Shown in pieces: positions 27,008 through 41,360 of a stretch of 64,000 bases of DNA. Both the position numbers and the translations under genes were made by a program. The notes beneath the pieces were generated by a model. That model was given only the letters and a program-made list of their open reading frames with translations. It was not told where the DNA came from and did not search any database. Positions within the stretch are counted from its first letter, which is position 1; each line of letters opens with the position of its first letter. The stretch is taken from assembly GCF_964355755.1 (NCBI RefSeq), contig NC_092678.1:15729881-15793880 (forward strand), given 5' to 3'. This stretch comes from Antedon mediterranea (Eukaryota; Animalia; Echinodermata).

Positions 27008-28625
27008 ATAGGACAGGACAGGATAACCCTGTCAGACATCACGCATGTCTGACAGCGGAGACGGAGTGCATACTGCTAGATCCATGAATAAATTTTACTT
27101 CCAGTTGAAAAAAAACCCAGAAATTATAATTATTTAATGAGTTCTATACCGTTCGGATATGACGTTCAAAAGGTACGCAACTGTAATTTTTATAAAACCT
27201 TGTTTTATTAGCTTTTTCTACATTTTATGTAACATTTGTTTGTGGTATGCGAGGTTTGAACAATTTATGCAATTGAAAATTTGGTGGAATTCCTTGCGCA
27301 AATTGAATACAAATACTCGATTAAAATTGATCAGATTAAAAAATAGTGCAATGTATTTTAGTATTTGATAAAACCAAAGTTAAAATAAACCTGTGACGCA
27401 TAAATATAAACATAATGCAAGTCAATTCAATTCAATTCAAAGTAACATTTGTTTTCTTCAAATTAAAACAGTATACACAATATTGTAAAGAAAGGTAATT
27501 AAATTGAACAAGGCATGTTAAAAAAAAAGCAAAAAGCTTGTGACAGACATAGCTAAACAAAGATGAGATTTAAGCTACACAGAAAAAAAAAAAAAAGAAA
27601 ATAAAGAAATAACAAAATATAAATTTACATAACATGGGTAAACTAAATAAGAAAATAACTTTAAAAAAATAGTTTTGGTATAAATTAAGAATTGTTCGTA
27701 TTCTTGTTACTCATCATTATAATTATTATCATAAAATGTAATATAATAAAAATTAATACTTGGATGTGATATATTTTTTAAGTTTAAATGAAAAGCTTTT
27801 CTTAGTTACAGCATCTTTAATATTTGAAGGTAGTTTATTCCATAGTTTAGGTCCAATAAATCTTATGTTATATTGAAATGATGTTTTTTTATGAAGAGGG
27901 TAACGCATTAAAAGAATAAAATGTTATTAAAATTGCGCAATTTCAAAATAAACAAGCTTGTGCAGATTCAAATTGCGAAATCTTTGCGCTATTTTGAATC
28001 GTACATATAACATTCACATTCATACTAATATTCATCCCTATACATGCGTACTTCGTTTTTATTATTTTTCTTCTGTTCATTAGAATGATTTTGTCCCATT
28101 TTTTTGCACTTTTTCCGTGTCATACTTTAACATGGCCTACTGTAGTTGACGTGAGGCCGAGTTGACTTGAGGCCGAGTTGATTTGAGGGCGAGTTGAATT
28201 TATCCGAGGCAATTTAGAGCCTTTGATTATAATAAAATACAACAGTATAATTAATTTTTATAATATTGAACATTTTAAATTTATTATACTCTTTTCCTAT
28301 TGTTATTTCTACTCTGAAAGACCTACGAACCCAAAATATAAAATGTAATAGGAATTTGACTGAAGAAATGATTTGCACATTTGTAGAATACCTTTTGCAC
28401 ATTTAACGTCAAAACTGATCGTTTTTATTTTTGCACATTTCACGCCTCCACAAGGTCTTAACCAACTTCTGAAATGTGACTGTACAATTTTGTTTTGTAC
28501 ACATGGGTAAGGTGCCGTAGAGACATATGTATTCTGAAACTTTTTTTTAAAAGAATGTTGTCCTTAGATGTAACACCGTACTAATGATTTGATACGAATT
28601 GTATAATAGTAACATAATGCGAATG

Positions 28626-28656
28626 TATGGTAGTTATAGCGTTATAATCTAAATAC
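28626..28656 (-). pseudogene. Truncated divergent LRR exon (YLDYNAITTI)
   Basis: Acceptor tttgcAG and the first 10 codons are retained, then a deletion junction into another unit segment. Confidence 0.55.
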
Positions 28657-29518
28657 CTGCAAATAAATCAATATACACACATTTCCAAGAGGTGTTGTAG
28701 TACTACTATATAACAATACAATAACTAGAATAACAATCAAGTTTTTCTGCTATATTTCATAGTACAGTTATTTAATTGTTTTCCTCATTTCAGTGGCCGA
28801 TTTAGACTTTCTCTGATGCAATGCAAATATGAGAGAAGGGAAAATATAAAGTATATAAACAGATATCACCTCACAAGCAAGCCATTACTGAACCATACAA
28901 TGTGAGGGAAGAAATCAAGATCATTTGACTGTGGTTCCTTTATTTATAAAACTTGAAAATCAGAAAAATGGATAAACTCTGGAAAACACAGCTGTTCCAG
29001 AAATATGAATTAAGTGCAGCGCCCCCAACGTTTCATAGCGTTTTATGGAGTAGCGATTCCGAAAACATATTGTATACAAACCACATGAGGAACCCGGAAG
29101 CAATCAAGCATAAAACGACTGTTTTTTAATAGCCAATAAAAACAAAATAAAGACCGTGAAAGTCAGAAAAATAATGAATATTCATTAGAACAACCCTGGA
29201 TGAAGGTGAAAAACATGTTGTCGTCGTTTTATCACGTGGATTTTAAGAGGTAATGTAATTGAAAATTGTACACCCAACGCCAGTATTTTTCTCAAGTGAT
29301 ACATTTAAAAAGTAGGTATAAATGTTGTTTTCCATATCAGTTTAAAAATAATTTTTTCTGTTGAATTCTTTGATTTAGTTGGATACTTTAGTTATCCTTG
29401 AATGTTTTAACAAGGATCGTATTCATATTGCCTGGCTGGATTTTTTCCTATGCTAGCTTATAATAGGCTATGCCCAGGCCACCTTGCGTGGTTAAAACCA
29501 GCTGTGTAAGACTAATGG

Positions 29519-30440
29519 CTGTTTATTTTTAACACGTAAACATGTATATTCGGGGGGGCCTGAGTGACAGTTGACCTGTTATAAAGCTGATTAATTACTT
29601 GTTCCTGGTCCTAATTAAAAATTAGGCCTAGGCCTAGTCTAGGCCTAAGCTTTTTTAATAATCATTCATATTGGAAAAGGAGTACAGATTAGGCCAGGCT
29701 ACAGGCCTAGCTAGGCCTATATTATATATAGGCTAGGCTACCTCATCAGCAGGTTAAAGGCTAGCAGCCTACCTAGCATGTCTTAGTCAAAGATCTGTAA
29801 TATATTAATAGAAAGAAGCTATAGAGTACTGTGACATTAGATATTTAATCATAAATGCATATTTCTTTTATATTTGTATTGTATATTTATTATTTTGATA
29901 TGCAATGAATCACAATCTAAATCAGTAAATAAAATCAATTTCCGTTATCAATAAATAATTATTAATATATAAACCAAATTAAAATAAAATAACTGTTTAT
30001 TTTTAACACGTAAACATGTCTATTCGGGGGCCTAAGTGACAGTTGACCTGTTATAAAGCTGATTAATTACTTGTTCCTGGTCCTAACTAAAAATTAGGCC
30101 TAGCCTAGGCCTAAGCTTTTTTAATAATCATTCATATTGGGAGAGAGGAGTACAGAGTAGGCCAGGTTACATGCCTAGCTAGGCCTATACTATATATAGG
30201 CTAGGCTACATCATCAGCAGGTTAAAGGCTAGCAGCCTACCTAGCATGTCTTAGTCAAAGATCTGTAATATATTAATAGAAATAAGCTATAGAGTACTGT
30301 GACATTAGATATTTAATTATAAATGCATATTTCTTTCATATTTGTATTGTATATGCAATCACAATCTAAATCAGTAAATAATATCAATTTCCGTTATCAA
30401 TCAATAATATATATAAACCAAATTAAAATAAAATAACTTC
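29519..30440. repeat. Tandem duplication, 2 x about 470 bp, inside the Chapaev-like element
   Basis: ctgtttatttttaacacgtaaacatg...aaccaaattaaaataaaataact occurs twice (from about 29519 and 29993) with high similarity; rich in TAGGCCTA motifs. Confidence 0.9.
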
Positions 30441-31497
30441 CAACAAATTAAATTCAATTACAATTCATATACCATTTGTTAAATATTTACAAAATCATTG
30501 TTCTAGCAATAACACAAAACAATACTACCATTCATACAGTATACTGTATAAAATAATATGCAATACTGTAACAATTAACTGAGAAATAGCAAACTATTCC
30601 TCAACTTTTCTGCACTTAGTTACCGGCCTAGTTACTTCATGTTGGATCTCAGGTGAAATAAACGTCAGATGTATCTTCATGATTTCCCACAAAACTCTTT
30701 CCATGGTACTGCTGTCGAGGAATTTATTTTTTCAAAATACCTCGTCCATTTTTGTACATAGAGGTCCAGTTTCAAATCTCTTGGTTCATAGTAGTTCGCT
30801 ATATAAAATATATAAAAGAAATATGGCATTAATTTTTATAGTATTGCATGTTTTAGACATAATTTTAAAGGTATATAATGTAGGACTGACCAAGTCTTTG
30901 ACCTCTTGTTCTTTTAGATTTATTCTGTGGCCAGTCTCTGCAATCTTACTATGCTGTTTTGTCACAAGTGACACTGAGAGTTCATTTCTTAAATGCTCAA
31001 GATTCTCTTCTAAAGACTGGATTTTAATCATTGTACTTTGTAGCTTTTGTAACTTTGTAATATTGGTCAACCAAATAAATGTCAATCTGCATAAAAAATG
31101 AGCATCAAAATTATTATATTTTCAAAATGTTAACAACTACTTCTTGTAGCAGATAATGATAATATATGGATAATTCATAGGAAAATAAGTTCCAGCCAAA
31201 GGTTTGCTTTATTATGCATAAAAATAGGATAAACAATTTTGAAATTCTATGCTCAAAGGGACAATGTATATTTAAAGAGCAACTTGACCAATTGAGTTAT
31301 TATGTAATGTCAATGTAAAGTTGAAACAACATTTGAATTTACCAGTCAAGATGTCAGCATCCTGTCGCATGTTGAATATTATAACATATTGACACCTGGA
31401 AAAATAGTTGATTGAGGAAATATTTAATAAAGAAAAGATTTATATTTATAAATTACTTTAACAATTGTTTGTTTCGACAGTTATTTTATACTAACAT

Positions 31498-32611
31498 TGT
31501 AGGATTATTGCGATAATCTTATATACGATCGAGTAATATTTGCTGCCACCTACGGTTGTGTGGTACAGTTCAGCTATAGTCGAGTTACTGTAGACATGTG
31601 TATTTGAGCTGTCCGGAAATTCCGTCTATATTTCCGTGATCTGTTCCGTACGATTGCTTGTGTAAATTACAATGATAAATGTAAGTTTATTATATTTATG
31701 TGATACTATTTGTTTAGTCATAGTTACGATATTTTGCCTTTAATTATGAGATTTATCTTGAACATGTGCTGCATCGTGGTAGCCGCCATTTTGAGTGATA
31801 CGGTAGACTATATAAGACAAGGTTGTTATGATGATAGACCGAAACATTTTGTAATATTCCTAAAATATATTTAGGCTAAATTTAGTATCCGATATATTGG
31901 TTCACATGATAATGTTGATTCTTTAGAATCTATGTATGTAACTTAGAATTTCTAGGTATAGACCGGTTGCATAAGAATGTTCACTCTGAATTTGATCCGT
32001 CACGCATGAGTGATTCGTATCTGACCTCGCGTCGACTTAACTTTGCTGTAGGTTAACATTATTATAGATCAGAGTTGCTTTTTGTTCTGAATGGAGGTTT
32101 GTTTATACGTATGAGTTAAGCAGGGATATTGATACATAATGAATATAATTATATTGTTTTAGGCTATGGAGTTATTCATGTGCTTTTGCTAACCTGAGAA
32201 CGTAACTGTAGAAACTGTACGCTGTATAATCTGGAAGTATTTATGCCCGGCAAAGTTGTGAGTCATGTTAAAATCTATGTAAAATGTGGTATTTTGATGA
32301 AAGTTACCAAGAAAATTAATGACAAGTGTATGAGAAACATTATTGTATCTGTATTTTAATACTCAGTATTGTTTATATTTGATTATGCTTTTAACAGTTT
32401 ATTTTATGATTGAATGTTGGTATGAAGATTTGTAAATGATTATTGAGGTTATATGCTATGGTATAAGGTTAAAGGTTGTTTATGATTCTTTTCTGTATTT
32501 ATTTGTAGAATTGAATGAGACGTTTAATAAACAGATTCATCTCAAACTTATTCCCGTGGTATATCTACTCATTTGCTAACCTGTGTGTAGTCGTCCGACC
32601 TTTTCTGTACA
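31498..32611 (+). mobile_element. Solo LTR (1114 bp; BEL/Pao or Gypsy)
   Basis: TGTAGG...CTGTACA with a perfect 5-bp TSD AACAT (31493-31497 / 32612-32616); AATAAA near 32526; no ORF. Confidence 0.8.
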
Positions 32612-34241
32612 AACATTGTTCTTTAATATGAAGTACAAACACACATTTCATTGTTTGGAGTGTGTATTAAACTTTCTAAAGAGGTGGTTATGATTATTTA
32701 CCTACCCTGTTTAATTCAATGTCTACCAGGTATGGCCTAACAAAACTGTGCGATATAGTTTTGCTTATTTTTTTTTTCACTACCATGGTCTACAAAAAAC
32801 TTGTAGTCATGATTGTAGGCCTTGAGATATCTACAGGCTTGAGGAACATTGTTGGTTCTGATGTCATCTTGATTACAAAAACAATAGATGCAACTGTACT
32901 TTCCTTTAAAAATAAATCAATTTTTAAATCTACAGTACTTCAGTTTTGTGTCCAAACAAATCCAAACAAGAGAGCTAATAGTCAAAATATTAAAACATTA
33001 TTATACAATAAATACAAATGTTTTACTATTAATGCCTAGCCTAGGCTGTGACTGTCACTCAGTCACACCAGCTAGCCTAAAAATGCACCAGGAAAGCAAT
33101 AATTATTATTATAAACACATGCCATTAATTATTTGGTAACAGTTATAATGATTAAATGTAGGATTAGGGTAATTAAAGGTTTAACTATTACGAATTTTCT
33201 ATGTTTCGGCCTAGCTTTATTCTAGGCCCACATTACTGTCACGGTCATCGCGGGCGTCAGCGCACTTTCTAAGCCTATCGCCAAACCGTTTTCTTGCCGA
33301 CAACAATAACAATGTATAAAGGGGTTGCAAAATATGCGAGTTTTACTAAAAAACTGAACCAGGCTATATTAACAAAACTAGTATTATTTTGTTTATATAA
33401 TAATGATGGACTATATTCTAGTTCGTTCTTTTTAAAAAAAAATTAATTATATCCAAAAAAAAAGTAAAGAATACAATGATATTTTCTACTTACGATTGTT
33501 TACCATTTCTTTACACAGTTTATCTTGACTTCCTGGTTTATGTGCTGGAGAGTATTTCAGTAAAATGGACAATATCGTCGTTTATTTATTAATTCATAGT
33601 AAAGAAACAATAAAATATTTATTTTATAATTGAACATACACTTTTTTTAATCATTTAGTTTTGTATAAAATGTTTTACTACAAAAAAACTCACGATAGCG
33701 AAATTTAATTTGGCGTTCGCGAAATAATGGTTTGTAAACAAAAATTTATGTCCGCGCGACTCGGGAGAGCCTCGTCTGCTAACACTGAGGGCGCTTGACT
33801 TTTTTTGATATCTAGTTGAAACAGCTGTGAAAATGGTATGTTCACATTTTAACTTAAGTTAATATTACGGACGGATAACGTGAATAATGTACGTAGGCCT
33901 ACAATCCAAAGTAGGTCCGATTTGTTGCACGTCCGAATAAAGAATCAGTGCTATTTCACCGTACGGGGGATAAATAACCGAGTCCTCTCATAATTACATT
34001 ATTTTTCATTTAATAACATTTAAGTTATAATAATTTACTGTAAAAATAACGAATTAAAAACATTAATACACACACTACAACTACAGGAGCCTATGTTAGA
34101 ATAACGGATACATCATTCATAATAAAAATATCCAGTATTGCAAAGGATTAGCCTAAAAATGAAATAATATAAAAATAAATGTTGTATTTCAACGAAAATA
34201 TACTATTTTCAAAAGTATGATAAACAATAGAAAGCACTCAA

Positions 34242-34313
34242 AGTATTGTCAATGATGTCAAACCATCAAACACATTTTCTGATATTGTAGTTATTTGATT
34301 ACTGTATAAACTC
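34242..34313 (-). pseudogene. 72-nt LRR exon with mutated donor (SLYSNQITTISENVFDGLTSLTIL)
   Basis: Acceptor and reading frame intact; donor reads TTgagt instead of GTgagt. Confidence 0.75.
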
Positions 34314-36405
34314 CTGAAAACCGTAAAAAATACAATAAATAAGTGTACGCAGTAGGACTACCAAAGGATAGTACCTGAAACCGTGAACAATGCGTTAAAT
34401 AATAATTATTACAGTTCCCAGGTACATTACAATCAAGAATTATTTTTTGTATTATTCTTGAAAAAAACAGATAGCTGTATTGTGCTAAAAGAAACCAAAG
34501 AGCTTCTGTAGCTGATATATTTTCTGTACCACTGTTGATTTTTATATGAGCAAAAAATAAAAAAACAAACAAACAAAATAGGCGTGCCATTCCAACAGTA
34601 CAGTCATTATAATGTATACACAAGGATATAATAATACTTGTTGATGTTACTTTGGTCCTTATTACCATATTATTAAATGACGATGATGCATGAATTCTGC
34701 TAATTTATTTTTCATTGTGGGATTATTTCTTCATAGAAGAGCAAAATGAAAGATATTACGCTTGAATATATTACACATGAAACATATACTTTAGAAGTAT
34801 TAATGTTAAAATAATTATTATTAGGCTAAGGTTCATACTGTGCCTAAAAATATACAAGATTCAAAGTACTACACAGCTGAGCCCCCTGGTTGAATGACAA
34901 CACATTGTTCACCCGATACAATTGTATGTGGAAAAAAACGAAGAATATACAAAAAGAAATTAAATGTAATTAATTTTAGACAAACAATTTATGAATAATG
35001 GCATATTAAATTATCGATAATTAAAATGATGATGATTCTCACATTTGTGCCGATGCAATTGATACGTCCGAAGTTCACCTAAATACGGAGGGCCCGGATA
35101 ACGATATACGTGTAGGGCCTATACATAACAGATGCATCTCATGACCGATGACGATTTCATAAAAGAAATATAACATTTGTTCCGCGTGCTCAATAAGCTT
35201 ATTACTGTAAACACTATTGCTACAGATTTTATGTGAATCGAACAATTTCGAGCATTCCTTCTAGTGTAGACAATATAGAGAAACTTGAACATGTGAACGC
35301 ACACTTAACGTCATGCATCTGAAATGCCTCTTATATTACCCGGTTCTCAGTTTCTACATGACCATAATTCCCCAGTATATAGGAGAATTTGGAAAAACAG
35401 AGCCTCATGTGTATCACATGTGGTGGTGCCTGTATCATTAGCTTATGAATTAGGTTATGGTCTATGAAAACAGGTGATACATGTGATGCTGTATTTACCG
35501 AATGTTCCTATGATACTAGAGAAATTGAGATACAATACCAAGAATCAGGTGTATGTTAGACGTTACTTCGGCGTGGAATGGAGGTCTTAGCTTTAACCTT
35601 CTTCTGTGATTGTACACTTTTGTGAGGAAAAAATTATACCTTGTACACATGGAAAGGGTGCCGTAGAGACATATGTATTGTCTATTGCTAAATTATTTCT
35701 AAAATTTGTTTTTTTCTGAAGAACGTTATCCAATAATAAACAAATAATGATGCTGTATTGCCGAATTTTCCTATGTTACTTGTAAAAATCGAGATACCGT
35801 ACCGATAATCGGGTGTGTTAGACCAGAATACGTAATCCGTCTTGGAATGGAGGTCTTCGCTTCAACAACGTTCTGAAATGTGCCTGTAAGATTGTGTTAA
35901 GCAAAAACTATAACTTGTACACCTCAGTAGCCTGGTGAAGAGACTTATGCATTGCCTTCGCTAAGTCCTTTCTTAAACTTATTCCAACTTATACCCTCTT
36001 GAAGAATGGTATTCATAGATATAACACTTGTACTACTATTTTCAACACAATCTTATAGTGTGGTGCAGTTAATTAAAGAACGGCATGATTTCTAAATTCA
36101 ACATTGTCTGCTATACAGCATCTTCTGAATACAATTTTATAATAATTATATAATTTCTAAGTGACGAATCCAAACAAACTACATACAGGAGCTTGTGTTA
36201 AATTAGTACATGTTTTTTTTATCATTATTAAGATACATTAATCATAATTTAAAAATAAACATCGGGTTCAATTATTTTAGATTTAAATGAAAATTCTGCA
36301 ATTGCAAAGGATCAACAACTAAAACGATGACAATAATAATTGTGGTTATCTTACAACGAAAATATACAATTTTTAAAAGTATGATAAACCATAGAAAGCA
36401 CTCAC

Positions 36406-36476
36406 AGTATTGTCAATGATGTCAACCATTAAACACATTTGCTGGTATTGTAGTTATTTGGTTATGGTACAGCCAC
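36406..36476 (-). pseudogene. 71-nt LRR exon with 1-nt deletion (WLYHNQITTIPANVFNG/fs)
   Basis: AG/GT sites intact, but gtcaaccatt lacks one A relative to gtcaaaccat in paralogs (could also be a homopolymer assembly error). Confidence 0.75.
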
Positions 36477-37337
36477 CTGAAAATCGTTAAAAAAAGAAAC
36501 AAATATTTATATGTATAGTATGTCTACCAAGGGACAGTACGATCAAGAATTATTTATTTTTATTAATTTCGGAGCAACAATGACAGCAGCAAATAGCTAT
36601 ATGATGCGCTTGACCAGCCCCTGTCAACTAGACCGATAAAATAAAACCGAAATTATAACAATAAATATAGAAAAATACATAGAAAAATATGCTATTTATA
36701 AAATGCTAATAAAAGTGTTATAATATAAAAATACAATTGCTATTACAACACTATGAATGTAGGCCTATAAAAGTTAAAAATTCAGAGTAAAGTACAATCT
36801 AAAAAATCATGTACATTTGCATAACCTTTGGTTTATAAAATATGAAAAGTTACAAATCTATAAAATGTTACTTTAAACTGTGTTTAAACTTAAAAAAACG
36901 ACTCTCCAATAAGATTATTTCTGATCGTAACACAGTTTGGGAAACCGTACTATACATGAGTATTTAAAAGTATCAGTACGGGATCTACCATAATAAAAGG
37001 TAAGTATATATTGGTGTCGGTTATTAACTATCAAAAGAACCAATAGAATCAACATAGATAACAGATGTCTCTCATAACGACGTTTTCGTATTCTTATTTT
37101 GCTTGATTGGCGATCGAAAAAGCATTCGTAATGTTTATGACGTATGACGTCATATATAATGTAATTTAATTATGCTAATATTAGTTTTCTTTTTTTTAAC
37201 TTCAGTTGATGTTCATTTGGAAAATGTCAGCCAGACAAACTAAACAAACACTTACGTTGCAATTTGTTCTAGGTTCACTCTGATTTTGACTTATTTTTTA
37301 CTGTATTAAGATTGAATGACCTCATAACTATGTTTTA

Positions 37338-37845
37338 TACCCCTTTCACACCAAATAAGCAAAACTCCAGAGACACTCCAGAGTTGACGTCACGGTGTTT
37401 TGGTGTGAAAGGTAAAATCAAGCAACTCGCAACAGCGGAGTTGAACAGCTGAACAGTCTCCGGAGGGCGAACTGCGGGTACACACCAGTGTCTTGGTGTG
37501 AAAGGTATCAACATCAAACTCCGGAGTTTTAGGTCAAAATGTCATCCTCACACGATCTCTCCTTGCTTTAGTTTTATTTTAAAATACTTTAAATATTTGT
37601 AAAAAAATATATAGCGGGTCTAAAAAATAATAAGTAGTATCAATAAAACATGATATGACTTCTGAGACTTTTGAAAATAATTAATAATTAAATAAAAAAT
37701 ATTATCAATTAAAATGATTCTAATGATTGTCGCTATGTAAACAAACAAAATAGAAGGCGACAACAATTTTATTTTATAAACCCCGGTGGTCATAAAACTA
37801 GGAGTGTCTCCGGAGATCACTCCGGAGTTTGGTGTGAAAGGGGTA
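37338..37845. mobile_element. PIF/Harbinger-type MITE, version 2
   Basis: Same TIRs, TTA TSD and flanks as 6155-6565 but a different interior. Confidence 0.8.
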
Positions 37846-38616
37846 TTAGAAACGTCGTTTTTGTAACACTGTCTGTGTTTCATACGGCAGAATGTCATTT
37901 TAAACTAAGCTGGTCAATTACAATTGTGTAGAGGTAGGAGCAGAAACTGTTGACGTTGTTTATCTGACAATTTGGTAATACAGAACACCATGACATCACA
38001 TGCCTGTATCATTAGCTTATGAATTACGTTATGGTATATGATAGTAGGTGATACATGTGAAACAAGTGATGTTGTATTACCGAATGTTCCTATGATACTA
38101 TATAAATACAATACAATACCAAGAATCAGGTGTATGTTAGACGTTACTTCGGTTTGGAATGTAGGTCTTAGCTTTAACCATCTTAATTCTGTAATGTGCC
38201 TGTACAATTTTTTTAGGCAAACATTTTTAACGTGTATACATAGATAGGGTGCCGTATAGACATATGTATTGTCTAATTGCTTAATCTTTTCTGAAAAAAT
38301 GTAGTTTCAGAGTGTCAGTTTTAACTTGGCTGGTTCAACATAATATTTGAGATGAATGCAGTGTGTAGAGGTAGGAGGAGAAACTGTTGGGGTTGTTTAT
38401 TTTCTATAAACGTCAAACCGTATGAGAATCGGGTGTACAACGCCAGTGGCCTTAAGAATACGTGTATTTCTATTAAAACGTTTTAACATTTTACAGACTA
38501 TGTCTACAAAAGGCCTACGTAGTGTGTTGTATGTAAAATAGAATTTGGTATTCCGATGAATATTGTTCAGACCATACAAACAACTGCATGCAGATTATTA
38601 AATTGTCACACAGTTA

Positions 38617-38688
38617 AGTATTAACTCATAAGCAAACGCAGAAAATGCACCTTGCTGTATGGTAGTTATAGCGTTATCATCTAAATAC
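38617..38688 (-). pseudogene. Divergent LRR exon (YLDDNAITTIQQGAFSAFAYELIL)
   Basis: tttgcAG acceptor and 72 open nt ending in CT like the other exons, but followed by TA, not GT. Confidence 0.6.
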
Positions 38689-39291
38689 CTGCAAATAAAT
38701 CAATATACACACATTTCCATAAAGTATTGTAAAACTACTATATAACAATACAATAACTAGAATAACAATCATGTTTTACTACTATTTTTTATAGTACAGT
38801 TATGTAATTGTTTTCATCATTTCAGTGGCCGATTTAGACTTTTTCTGACACACGCATAATTGTCAAAGGCAGGCTAATTTTGCCATTATGAGGTGCAAAT
38901 CTGAGAGATGGGAAACTATAAAGTGTAGAAACAGATCACCTCACAAGCAAGCTATTACTGAACCATACAATGTGAGGAAAAAATTATTATTAAAAAGATT
39001 ATTTGACTGTGGAAAATGGTATGTTCACATTTTAACTTAAGTTAATATTACGGACGGATAACGTGAATAATGTACGTAGGCCTACAATCTAAATTAGGCC
39101 CGATTGGTTGCGCGTGCGAATATAGAACCAGTGCTATACCACCGTGCGGAAGGATCAATAACCAACTCCTCTCATAATTGCATTATTTTTCATTTTCATC
39201 AAATGAAATATTATAAAAATAAATGTTATATTACTGTGACAACAAAAATATACAATTTTCAAAAGTATGATCAATAAGAGAAAACACTCAC

Positions 39292-39363
39292 AGTTCTGTC
39301 AATGTTGTCAAACCATCAAACACATTTGCTGGTAATGTTGTTATTTGATTACTAGATAAAACC
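39292..39363 (-). CDS. 72-nt LRR exon, intact (VLSSNQITTLPANVFDGLTTLTEL)
   Basis: ttttcAG|72 nt|GTgagt, phase 2-2, LRR consensus. Confidence 0.85.
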
Positions 39364-39704
39364 CTGAAAACCGTAAAAAATACGATAAATAAGTATACAC
39401 AGTACCAAGGGATAGTTACCTGAAATCGTGAACAATGCGGTAAATAATAATATATAATAATAATTTGTTGTACTATTCTAGAAAAAACAGATAGCTTCTG
39501 TAGCCGATTAAGAATTCCATTCCAACAGTACAGTCATTAAAATGTATACCAAGGATATAATAATACTTGTTGATGTTACTTTGGTCCTTATTACCATATT
39601 ATTAAATGACAATGATGCATGTATTCTGCTATTTTATTTTTCATTGTGGGATTATTTCATCATAGAAGAACAAATTGAAAGATATTACGCTTGAACGTAT
39701 TGTA

Positions 39705-40455
39705 GATGAAACAGATATAAGTATTAATATATAAATACAATAATTATTATTAGGCTTAGTGTCAAACTGTGCCTGAAAATAAACAAGATTCAAAGCACTA
39801 CACAGCTGAGACCCCCGGTTGAATGACAACGCATTGTTCACCCTATACACTTTTATGCGGAACAAAACGATGAATGTACAAAAAGAAATGAAATGTAATT
39901 AATTTTATATAAAAAAAATTATGAATTATGGCATATTCAATTTTTGATAACTATAAGGATGTTGATTCTCACATTTGTACCGATGCAATTGATACGTCCT
40001 AAGTTCACCTAAATACGGATAAAGATTTACGTGTAGGGCCTACGTAACAGATGTATCTCATGATCGATGACGATGAAACAGATAAAAGTATTAATGTATA
40101 AATACAATAATTATTATTAGGCTTTGGGTCAAACTGTGCATGAAAATAAACAAGATTCAAATCACTAGACAGCTGAGCCCCATGGTTGGATGGCAACGCA
40201 TTGCTCACCCTATACAATGTTATGCGGAACAAAACGACGAATGTAAAAAAAGAAATGAAATGTAATTAATTTTATATAAAAAAAATTATGAATTATGGCA
40301 TATTCAATTTTTTGATAATTAGGCTATAAGGATGTTGATTCTCACATTTGTACCGATGCAATTGATACGTCCTAAGTTCACCTAAATACGGAAGGCCCGG
40401 ATAACGATTCACGTGTAGAACCTACGTAACAAATGCATCTCATGATCGATGACGA
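39705..40455. repeat. Local tandem duplication, 2 x about 365 bp
   Basis: gatgaaacagata...gatcgatgacgat is repeated; single copy in paralogous units at about 34780-35160 and 52385-52750. Confidence 0.85.
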
Positions 40456-40897
40456 TTTCATAAGAGATATATAACATTTGTTCCGCGTGCTCAATAAGCT
40501 TATTACTGTAAACACTATTGCCGAATATTTCAGGTAATCGTAAAAATGTCGAACATTCCTTCTCTTGTGGACAACCGCATAGAGAAACTTGAACATATGA
40601 ACGCAAACGTAACGTCATGCATCTGAAAAGCCTGTTATGTTACCCGGTTCTCAGTCTTCACCTATGACAATTATTTCCCCAGTATATAAGACAATTTGGT
40701 AATGCAGAGCATCATGTATATCACATGTGGTGCCTGTAACATTAGCTTATGAATTAGATTATGGTATACGATAGTAGGTAATAAATGTGAAATATGTGAT
40801 GCTGTATTACCGAATTTCCGTATGATATTAGAGAAATCGAGATACAATACCAAGAATCAGGTGTATGTTAGACGTTACGCGGCATGGAATGGAAGTC

Positions 40898-41360
40898 TGT
40901 GGAGTCGTGAAATGTGCAAAAAGTCACATTTGTGAAACAACAACATTTGTGCAAACACTTTACCTTAAAATGTGCAAACAACCACAAATGTGCAAATCTG
41001 TAAAATTGCATAACCCGCAAATGTTTGCACATCTGCGGGTTAAATGTCATGTTAAATGTAAAAACGATCAGTTTTGACGTTAAATGTGCAAAAGGTATTC
41101 TACAAATATTGAAAGCATTTTTTCAACTAAACTCCTATTCCATTTTATATTTTTGGTTCGTAGGTCTTTCAGAGTAGAAATAACAATAGGAAAAAGAGTA
41201 TAATAAATTTATAGTCAACTCGGCCTCACGTCAACTGAGCTGCGTCAACTCGGCCACATTAAAGTATGGGACGCCAAAAATAGTGTTTATATTTCAATTA
41301 TACCACATAGTTACGTTCAGTACTGAAATATTTTAGGATTTAAAAGAATAAAATATCTTA
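40898..41360. mobile_element. TGT..ACA long-TIR DNA element X, copy C (left end only)
   Basis: TGTGGAGTCGTGAAATGTGCAAAAA preceded by AAGTC (about the AGGTC TSD); the empty site ggaatggAGGTCttagc occurs in other units, e.g. 35575-35591. Confidence 0.75.

Larger units (their letters stand above)
18885..28452. mobile_element. TGT..ACA long-TIR DNA element X, copy B (hosts a LINE and an Academ-like element)
   Basis: Partial left TIR with GTCAACTCGGCCTCA arrays (18980-19055), inverted at 28145-28200; right end ...TTTCACGCCTCCACA + AGGTC. Left boundary approximate. Confidence 0.7.
28987..33829 (-). mobile_element. Chapaev-like (CMC) DNA transposon with a decayed intron-containing transposase
   Basis: CACAGCTGTT...AACAGCTGTG termini and a 4-bp TSD AAAA (empty site ggAAAAtggt near 51499-51509). 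Minus-strand exon remnants: GKYSCIYCFC (about 32706-32905), a coiled coil (30890-31085) and GPLCTKMDEV..PRQQYHGKSFVGNH (about 30680-30800). Confidence 0.8.

Noticed and set aside
37914-38207. LILGIVLYLYSIIGTFGN as GPCR TM1, suggesting an LGR-type receptor
   Set aside because: No further TM helices follow, paralogous copies are frameshifted, and GTFGNTTS...YHN fits a decayed LRR better.
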